NCBI RefSeq assembly: GCF_050320075.1
Contig: NZ_CP190018.1
DNA length: 64,000 nt
Strand: one strand, 5' to 3'
Source of the DNA: Escherichia coli
GTDB taxonomy: Bacteria > Pseudomonadota > Gammaproteobacteria > Enterobacterales > Enterobacteriaceae
This document shows positions 55,907 through 64,000 of this stretch, in pieces (within the stretch, counting starts at the first letter, position 1; the number at the start of each line of letters is the position of its first letter). The notes under the pieces are model-generated. The model was not told the origin of the DNA and did no database searches. It saw nothing but the letters and a program-made list of their open reading frames with translations. The position numbers and the translations under genes were made by a program.

Positions 55907-57160
55907 TTACGCACGAATGGTGTAATCACCAATGCCGATCCACTTGTAAGTGGTCAGTGCTTCCAGCCCCATTGGGCCACGCGCGTGGAGTTTTTGTGTG
56001 CTTACCGCCACTTCCGCACCCAGACCAAACTGGCCGCCATCGGTAAAACGCGTAGAGGCGTTAACGTAAACAGCGGACGAATCCACTTCGTTAACAAAAC
56101 GCTGGGCGTTGCGCATATCGCGGGTCAGGATCGCATCGGAGTGTTGTGTGCCGTGTTCACGAATATGGGCGATGGCATCGTCAAGATCGCTGACGATTTT
56201 AACGTTCAAATCTAATGACAGAAACTCATCGTCATACTCTTCGGCTTTAACAGCCACCACCTTCGCGGGGCCTGCCTGCAACTGCGCCAGCGCAGCTACA
56301 TCTGCGTGTAATGCCACGCTGCTTTCCGCCATTTGCTTGCTTAATGCGGGCAGGAAGCTATCGGCGATGTTTTTATTTACCAGCAACGTTTCTACCGTAT
56401 TACATGTGCTCGGACGCTGAGTTTTTGCGTTGACGATTACTTTCAGGGCTTCAGCGATCTCTGCACTTTCATCAACGTAAATATGGCATACGCCTATACC
56501 GCCTGTGATCACCGGGATTGTCGACTGTTCGCGGCACAGCTTATGCAGGCCAGCGCCTCCACGCGGGATCAGCATGTCGATGTATTTATCCATACGCAGC
56601 ATTTCACTGACCAGCGCACGGTCAGGATTATCAATCGCCTGCACGGCACCCGCCGGTAAGCCGCAGGATTTCAGGGCGTCCTGAATCACCGCTACCGTTG
56701 CAGCGTTAGTGCGACAGGTTTCTTTGCCACCACGCAGGATCACCGCGTTACCGGTTTTCAGGCACAGCGAAGCGACATCAACCGTCACGTTCGGGCGCGC
56801 TTCATAAATCACGCCAATAACCCCCAGCGGTACGCGACGACGCTCAAGACGCAGGCCGCTGTCCAGTACGCCGCCATCGATTACCTGCCCCACCGGATCG
56901 GCGAGATTACACACCTGACGCACATCGTCGGCGATGCCTTTCAGCCGTGCGGGCGTCAGTGCCAGACGGTCAAGCATCGCTTCGCTAAGGCCATTGGCAC
57001 GCGCGTCAGCAACATCCTGGGCGTTAGCGTTGAGGATGATTTCGCTTTGTGCTTCCAGTTCATCGGCGATTTTTTCCAGCACGCGATTTTTTTCGCGGCT
57101 GGAGAGTTGCGCTAATTTATACGAGGCTTGCTTCGCGGCAATGCCCATTTGTTCCAGCAT
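55907..57160 (-). CDS. proA: Gamma-glutamyl phosphate reductase
   Basis: 417 aa. E. coli ProA sequence recognised. Follows proB. Confidence 0.95.
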   Translation of the reverse strand: MLEQMGIAAKQASYKLAQLSSREKNRVLEKIADELEAQSEIILNANAQDVADARANGLSEAMLDRLALTPARLKGIADDVRQVCNLADPVGQVIDGGVLDSGLRLERRRVPLGVIGVIYEARPNVTVDVASLCLKTGNAVILRGGKETCRTNAATVAVIQDALKSCGLPAGAVQAIDNPDRALVSEMLRMDKYIDMLIPRGGAGLHKLCREQSTIPVITGGIGVCHIYVDESAEIAEALKVIVNAKTQRPSTCNTVETLLVNKNIADSFLPALSKQMAESSVALHADVAALAQLQAGPAKVVAVKAEEYDDEFLSLDLNVKIVSDLDDAIAHIREHGTQHSDAILTRDMRNAQRFVNEVDSSAVYVNASTRFTDGGQFGLGAEVAVSTQKLHARGPMGLEALTTYKWIGIGDYTIRA

Positions 57161-57171
57161 CAGCCTGCTCC

Positions 57172-58275
57172 TTAACGGGTAATCATGTCATCACGGTGAA
57201 CGGCAACCGGGCCATATTCATATCCCAGTATTGCATCAATTTCTTGCGAGTGGTGTCCGGCAATGCGGCGTAATGCATCGCTGTTGTAACGACTGACGCC
57301 GTGAGCGATATCGCGACCTTCGAGGTTGCAAATGCGGATGACTTCACCACGCGAGAAATTGCCAGTCACGCTTTTAATGCCTTTCGGCAACAGGGAACTG
57401 CCGCGTTCAAGAATGGCGGCAGTTGCCCCTTCATCTACCGTGATTTCACCCGCCGGCGGCGCACCGAAAATCCAGCGTTTACGGTTTTCAAGCGGAGTCG
57501 CCTGGGCATGGAACAGCGTACCGACGGAAATGCCTTCCATCACATCACCAATAACGCCCGGCTTGCTGCCCGCGGCAATAATGGTGTCGATACCCGCACG
57601 GCAAGCCACGTCCGCGGCCTGCAATTTGGTACTCATGCCGCCAGTTCCGAGGCCTGAAACGCTGTCACCGGCAATCGCGCGCAGTGCGTCATCAATGCCG
57701 TAAACATCTTTAATCAGTTCTGCCTGCGGATTGCTGCGCGGGTCAGCGGTATACAAACCTTTTTGATCGGTCAGCAGCAACAGTTTATCGGCACCCGCCA
57801 GAATCGCCGCCAGCGCAGAAAGGTTATCGTTATCGCCGACCTTAATCTCTGCCGTAGCGACAGCATCGTTCTCATTGATTACCGGAACGATATTGTTATC
57901 GAGCAACGCACGCAGGGTGTCGCGGGCGTTCAGGAAGCGTTCACGGTCTTCCATATCAGCACGAGTCAGCAGCATTTGCCCGACGTGAATGCCATAAATC
58001 GAAAACAGCTGTTCCCACAGTTGAATCAGTCGACTCTGCCCTACCGCCGCCAGCAGTTGTTTCGAGGCGATAGTCGCTGGCAGTTCCGGGTAACCCAGGT
58101 GCTCACGTCCGGCGGCGATCGCGCCCGACGTCACAATAACAATCCGATGCCCGGCGGCATGTAACTGCGCGCACTGGCGAACAAGTTCAACGATATGGGC
58201 ACGGTTCAGGCGGCGCGATCCGCCTGTTAGCACACTGGTGCCGAGTTTTACCACCAGCGTCTGGCTGTCACTCAT
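57172..58275 (-). CDS. proB: Glutamate 5-kinase
   Basis: 367 aa from [19 protein letters not shown] (ATG at 58273-58275). The ORF-track start at 58362 is over-extended. Confidence 0.95.
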
Positions 58276-58562
58276 GATTCTCTGCCATTCAATTTTAGGA
58301 AAAATGATATCAAACGAACGTTTTAGCAGGACTGTCGTCGGTTGCCAACCATCTGCGAGCAAAGCATGGCGTTTTGTTGCGCGGGATCAGCAAGCGTAGC
58401 GGCAGTTGTTTACGCTTTTATTACAGATTTAATAAATTACCACATTTTAAGAATATTATTAATCTGTAATATATCTTTAACAATCTCAGGTTAAAAACTT
58501 TCCTGTTTTCAACGGGACTCTCCCGCTGAATATTCGCGCGTTAATTAAAATCAGGAATGAAA

Positions 58563-59618
58563 ATGAAAAAGAGCACTCTGGCATTAGTGGTGATGGGCAT
58601 TGTGGCATCTGCATCCGTACAGGCCGCAGAAATATATAACAAAGACGGTAATAAACTGGATGTCTATGGCAAAGTTAAAGCCATGCATTATATGAGTGAT
58701 AACGACAGTAAAGATGGCGACCAGAGTTATATCCGTTTTGGTTTTAAAGGCGAAACACAAATTAACGATCAACTGACGGGTTATGGTCGTTGGGAAGCAG
58801 AGTTTGCCGGTAATAAAGCGGAGAGTGATACTGCACAGCAAAAAACGCGTCTCGCTTTTGCCGGGTTGAAATATAAAGATTTGGGTTCTTTCGATTATGG
58901 TCGTAACCTGGGCGCGCTGTATGACGTGGAAGCCTGGACCGATATGTTCCCGGAATTTGGTGGCGACTCCTCGGCGCAGACCGACAACTTTATGACCAAA
59001 CGCGCCAGCGGTCTGGCGACGTATCGGAACACCGACTTCTTCGGCGTTATCGATGGCCTGAACTTAACCCTGCAATATCAAGGGAAAAACGAAAACCGCG
59101 ACGTTAAAAAGCAAAACGGCGATGGCTTCGGTACGTCATTGACATATGACTTTGGTGGCAGCGATTTCGCCATCAGTGGGGCCTATACCAACTCCGATCG
59201 CACTAACGAGCAGAACCTGCAAAGCCGTGGCACAGGCAAGCGTGCAGAAGCATGGGCAACAGGTCTGAAATACGATGCCAATAATATTTATCTGGCAACT
59301 TTCTATTCTGAAACACGCAAAATGACGCCAATAACTGGCGGCTTTGCCAATAAGACACAGAACTTTGAAGCGGTCGCCCAATACCAGTTTGACTTTGGTC
59401 TGCGTCCGTCGCTGGGTTATGTCTTATCGAAAGGGAAAGATATTGAAGGCATCGGTGATGAAGATCTGGTCAATTATATCGACGTCGGTGCTACATATTA
59501 TTTCAACAAAAATATGTCAGCGTTTGTTGATTATAAAATCAACCAACTGGATAGCGATAATAAGCTGAACATCAATAATGATGATATTGTCGCGGTTGGC
59601 ATGACCTATCAGTTTTAA
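58563..59618 (+). CDS. phoE: Phosphoporin PhoE (outer membrane porin)
   Basis: 351 aa from [21 protein letters not shown] (signal peptide). Porin C-terminal ...VGMTYQF. Confidence 0.95.
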   Translation: MKKSTLALVVMGIVASASVQAAEIYNKDGNKLDVYGKVKAMHYMSDNDSKDGDQSYIRFGFKGETQINDQLTGYGRWEAEFAGNKAESDTAQQKTRLAFAGLKYKDLGSFDYGRNLGALYDVEAWTDMFPEFGGDSSAQTDNFMTKRASGLATYRNTDFFGVIDGLNLTLQYQGKNENRDVKKQNGDGFGTSLTYDFGGSDFAISGAYTNSDRTNEQNLQSRGTGKRAEAWATGLKYDANNIYLATFYSETRKMTPITGGFANKTQNFEAVAQYQFDFGLRPSLGYVLSKGKDIEGIGDEDLVNYIDVGATYYFNKNMSAFVDYKINQLDSDNKLNINNDDIVAVGMTYQF

Positions 59619-59625
59619 TGGATAT

Positions 59626-59648
59626 TGCCGGATGTGATGCATCCGGCA
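59626..59648. terminator. Hairpin between convergent phoE and crl
   Basis: tgccggatg-tgatg-catccggca. Confidence 0.6.
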
Positions 59649-59656
59649 CATTTCAC

Positions 59657-60115
<459 letters not shown>

Positions 60116-61360
60116 TTAACACAATCGTTTTTCAATCCAGTCTGTTATTTCCTGAAGACCTTTGTCAAAATTCCGATACACCGGGTTAAATGGGATCTCT
60201 AACAATTTACCGTCAGCAGATGATGAGGTGATTAAGCGTGAGTCCTCTTCCGGGCTGAACGGATCGTTCTTCCAGTAGCCTGATAACATTGGCGTTGGGC
60301 AGCGACGTCCCAGCAATCCTTGCACTTTTAATGAATAGCGATTCAGCTCCACGCGCAACGCTTCGTCGGAAGCATCATGCATCCCCAAACGGCTCGCCAG
60401 AACGTCAAGATACATTTCCGGCACCTGTTGCTGGCACTTAAAATCACTCAACAGGGTATGAACTACCGGACCAAGACAGGCAACCGCTTTCAGACGCGGC
60501 GATTCAAGGTATGCCAGACGCACGGCAACGTTAGCGCCGAAACGGAAACCAAAGGCCGCGACGCGAGTGTGATCTACCCACGGTACGTTAGGCAGCGCCT
60601 TTAAGACGTGCTGATGCAACAGGCTGGAGTCCTGGGTGAGCTTCCATTTTGAAGAAAAGCCCACCGACGGCATATCAATAGTCAGCATCGCAATGCCGCG
60701 CGGCGCAAAATAACGTTCATACAGGCTGTAATAGTCCGTCTGCATCGCATCCAGACCACCACACATTAATACTGTCGGGAACGGGCCATCGCCTTTCGGC
60801 ATATGCAAAAAGCCGGTGATGGGCGCACCGCCGGGTACGGTAAACTCCATCTGCCGCATGGTGCCCGGCAGACGCTGAGCGGCCTCTTCATAGGCGCGGT
60901 TTGACAAAGCCTGCGCTTGCTCGGCCAGGTCATCTCCTTTCAGATGAGGATAGGCGGCAATGTTGTACAACGTAGCCGCATGCAGCCAGTGACGACCACT
61001 GAGTTGCGGATCTTCTTCCGCACAGGCTTTTTGTTGCCACACCATCGCCTGGGTGGCCCACTCATAAATCCAGTTGCCACCACGGTAGCCAATCACCGTA
61101 TCGTATAAATCATCGTCGGTACGTTCGGCATCGCTCATCACAATACGTGCCTGGACGTCGAGGATTTCACGTGGGTCAATGCCGCGCCAGATCCACATCA
61201 GACGGTTAATCATGCGATACCAGTGAGGGATGGTTTTACCATCAAGGGCCGACTGCACAGGCGGTTGTGCGCCGTGATTAAAGCGGCGGACTAGCGTCGA
61301 GGTTTCAGGATGTTTAAAGCGGGGTTTGAACAGGGTTTCGCTCAGGTTTGCCTGTGTCAT
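60116..61360 (-). CDS. frsA: Fermentation/respiration switch esterase FrsA
   Basis: 414 aa, alpha/beta hydrolase. Conserved position between crl and gpt. Confidence 0.9.
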
Positions 61361-61451
61361 GGATGCAGCCTCCAGAATACTTACTGGAAACTATTGTAAC
61401 CCGCCTGAAGTTAAAAAGAACAACGCCCGGCAGTGCCAGGCGTTGAAAAGA

Positions 61452-61910
61452 TTAGCGACCGGAGATTGGCGGGACGAATACGACGCCCATATCCCACGGT
61501 TGTTCGATCCAGGTATCTTGCGGGATATCAACAACATAGTCATCAACCAGCGGACGACCAGCCGGTTTTGCGAAGATGGTGACAAAGTGCGCTTTTGGAT
61601 ACATTTCACGAATCGCAACCGCAGTGCCACCGGTATCCACCAGGTCATCAATAACGATGAAGCCTTCGCCATCGCCTTCTGCGCGTTTCAGCACTTTAAG
61701 CTCGCGCTGGTTGTCGTGATCGTAGCTGGAAATACAAACGGTATCGACATGACGAATACCCAGTTCACGCGCCAGTAACGCACCCGGTACCAGACCGCCA
61801 CGGCTTACGGCAATAATGCCTTTCCATTGTTCAGAAGGCATCAGTCGGCTTGCGAGTTTACGTGCATGGATCTGCAACATGTCCCAGGTGACGATGTATT
61901 TTTCGCTCAT
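61452..61910 (-). CDS. gpt: Xanthine-guanine phosphoribosyltransferase
   Basis: 152 aa, [25 protein letters not shown].... PRPP-binding [11 protein letters not shown]. Confidence 0.95.
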
Positions 61911-62170
61911 GTGAAGTGTCCCAGCCTGTTTATCTACGGCTTAAAAAGTGTTCGAGGGGAAAATAGGTTGCGCGAGATTATAGAGATCTGGCGCACTAAA
62001 AACCAGTATTTCACATGAGTCCGCGTCTTTTTACGCACTGCCTCTCCCTGACGCGGGATAAAGTGGTATTCTCAAACATATCTCGCAAGCCTGTCTTGTG
62101 TTGACAACATTTTCTGCTAACCCTGTGACCTGCAATACTGTTTTGCGGGTGATCGACAAGGAGACTTAAC

Positions 62171-63628
62171 GTGTCTGAACTGTCTCAATTATCTCCACAG
62201 CCGCTGTGGGATATTTTTGCCAAAATCTGTTCTATTCCTCACCCGTCCTATCATGAAGAGCAACTCGCTGAATACATTGTTGGTTGGGCAAAAGAGAAAG
62301 GTTTCCATGTCGAACGCGATCAGGTAGGTAATATCCTGATTCGTAAACCTGCTACCGCAGGTATGGAAAATCGTAAACCGGTCGTCTTGCAGGCCCACCT
62401 CGATATGGTGCCACAGAAAAATAACGACACCGTGCATGACTTCACTAAAGATCCTATCCAGCCTTATATTGATGGCGAATGGGTTAAAGCGCGCGGCACC
62501 ACGCTGGGTGCGGATAACGGCATTGGTATGGCGTCTGCGCTGGCGGTTCTGGCTGACGAAAACGTGGTTCACGGCCCGCTGGAAGTGCTGCTGACCATGA
62601 CCGAAGAAGCCGGTATGGATGGTGCTTTTGGCTTACAGAGCAACTGGTTGCAGGCTGATATTCTGATTAACACCGACTCCGAAGAGGAAGGTGAAATCTA
62701 CATGGGTTGCGCGGGGGGTATCGACTTCACCTCCAACCTGCATTTAGATCGTGAAGCAGTTCCAGCTGGTTTTGAAACCTTCAAGTTAACCTTAAAAGGT
62801 CTAAAAGGCGGTCACTCCGGCGGTGAAATCCACGTTGGCCTGGGTAATGCCAACAAACTGCTGGTGCGCTTCCTGGCGGGTCATGCAGAAGAGCTGGACC
62901 TGCGCCTTATCGATTTCAACGGTGGCACACTGCGTAACGCCATCCCGCGTGAAGCCTTTGCGACCATTGCTGTCGCAGCTGATAAAGTCGACGCCCTGAA
63001 ATCTCTGGTGAATACCTATCAGGAAATCCTGAAAAACGAGCTGGCAGAGAAAGAGAAAAATCTGGCATTGCTGCTGGACTCTGTTGCGAACGATAAAGCT
63101 GCCCTGATTGCGAAATCTCGCGATACCTTTATTCGTCTGCTGAACGCCACCCCGAACGGTGTGATCCGCAACTCCGACGTGGCAAAAGGTGTGGTCGAAA
63201 CCTCCCTGAACGTCGGTGTGGTGACCATGACTGACAATAACGTAGAAATTCACTGCCTGATCCGTTCTCTGATCGACAGCGGTAAAGACTACGTGGTGAG
63301 CATGCTGGATTCGCTGGGTAAACTGGCTGGCGCGAAAACCGAAGCGAAAGGCGCATATCCTGGCTGGCAGCCGGACGCTAATTCTCCGGTGATGCATCTG
63401 GTACGTGAAACCTATCAGCGACTGTTCAACAAGACGCCGAACATCCAGATTATTCACGCGGGCCTGGAATGTGGTCTGTTTAAAAAACCGTATCCGGAAA
63501 TGGACATGGTTTCTATCGGGCCAACAATCACCGGTCCACACTCTCCGGATGAGCAAGTTCACATCGAAAGCGTAGGTCATTACTGGACACTGCTGACTGA
63601 ACTGCTGAAAGAAATTCCGGCGAAGTAA
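62171..63628 (+). CDS. pepD: Aminoacyl-histidine dipeptidase (peptidase D)
   Basis: 485 aa, GTG start, M20 family. Sequence recognised as PepD. Confidence 0.95.
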   Translation: MSELSQLSPQPLWDIFAKICSIPHPSYHEEQLAEYIVGWAKEKGFHVERDQVGNILIRKPATAGMENRKPVVLQAHLDMVPQKNNDTVHDFTKDPIQPYIDGEWVKARGTTLGADNGIGMASALAVLADENVVHGPLEVLLTMTEEAGMDGAFGLQSNWLQADILINTDSEEEGEIYMGCAGGIDFTSNLHLDREAVPAGFETFKLTLKGLKGGHSGGEIHVGLGNANKLLVRFLAGHAEELDLRLIDFNGGTLRNAIPREAFATIAVAADKVDALKSLVNTYQEILKNELAEKEKNLALLLDSVANDKAALIAKSRDTFIRLLNATPNGVIRNSDVAKGVVETSLNVGVVTMTDNNVEIHCLIRSLIDSGKDYVVSMLDSLGKLAGAKTEAKGAYPGWQPDANSPVMHLVRETYQRLFNKTPNIQIIHAGLECGLFKKPYPEMDMVSIGPTITGPHSPDEQVHIESVGHYWTLLTELLKEIPAK

Positions 63629-63684
63629 TTATTTGATTTGCTGCCGGATGGCGTTTAATCGCCTTCCGGCAGTTTCATCCTTCA

Positions 63685-64000
63685 TTATCCTTCGATAAAA
63701 GCCATCCCTGTAAATGTCCGTCTCGGGTTGCCACGTTCAATCTGGTGATGGAACATTCGCCGCTGCGATTTCAGCACCGCGCTATTTTCCTGTTGCTGTT
63801 GTTCCAGCTTCCAGGCAATCAGCAATCGCGCCAGCCGCTTGTTAGCATGCCCAGAAACAAGTTTTTGCGCCCATGATGAGGCCGATACGGACTCGGACAA
63901 ATCCACTGAATAGTGCCGCACCAACTTTCGCTTAATGCCCATGCGTTATCGCCATCCAGAGAAATCAGCGCCGAACGCAGCGTGTCAGAGCAGCGGCCCG
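63685..64000 (-). CDS. prfH: Release-factor-homologue PrfH, C-terminal part (continues beyond window)
   Basis: Position next to pepD as in E. coli. The reading frame stays open to the window edge. The RF-like C-terminus is recognised only weakly. Confidence 0.45.

Noticed and set aside
62189-63580. Minus-strand ORFs of 127 and 259 aa inside pepD. Similar antisense ORFs occur in proA, proB, phoE, frsA and gpt.
   Set aside because: They overlap well-known core genes on the opposite strand and are typical antisense artefacts.

Overview
The window is an Escherichia coli-type chromosome at the thrW tRNA integration hotspot. The core block pepD-gpt-frsA-crl-phoE-proB-proA-thrW occupies about 55.7-64 kb, inverted relative to the usual K-12 orientation. 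All identifications were made by eye, with no searches run. Three acquired elements are stacked in tandem on thrW. (1) 16.9-55.7 kb is a ~38.9-kb P22/Sf6-type podovirus prophage. It has lambda-like N/nut, Q/PR'/6S and S-R-Rz/Rz1 modules, its own immunity region, an Erf/SSB recombination module, a tailspike plus O-antigen acyltransferase conversion pair, and int/xis next to thrW. (2) 6.65-16.9 kb is a ~10.2-kb P4-family satellite prophage that looks complete. It carries crr, alpha, orf106/orf151, epsilon, the CI RNA with seqA/seqC targets, vis, ori, sid-delta-psu, a P2-type cos and an integrase. An AT-rich 464-aa orphan gene sits in the cos-int cargo slot. (3) 1-6.65 kb is a decayed islet with an AbiEi/AbiEii pair, a 1069-aa reverse transcriptase-nitrilase fusion, a relic second P4-type CI-RNA cassette, a Ner-like pseudogene and an integrase C-terminal fragment. 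The best candidates for new biology are: the HEPN-like orphan in the satellite cargo slot; the RT-nitrilase; a LexA-box-controlled, naturally pre-truncated UmuD'-like gene in the prophage; and an adjacent 27-codon hydrophobic-peptide ORF with duplicated sRNA-like repeats that resembles a type I toxin-antitoxin locus.
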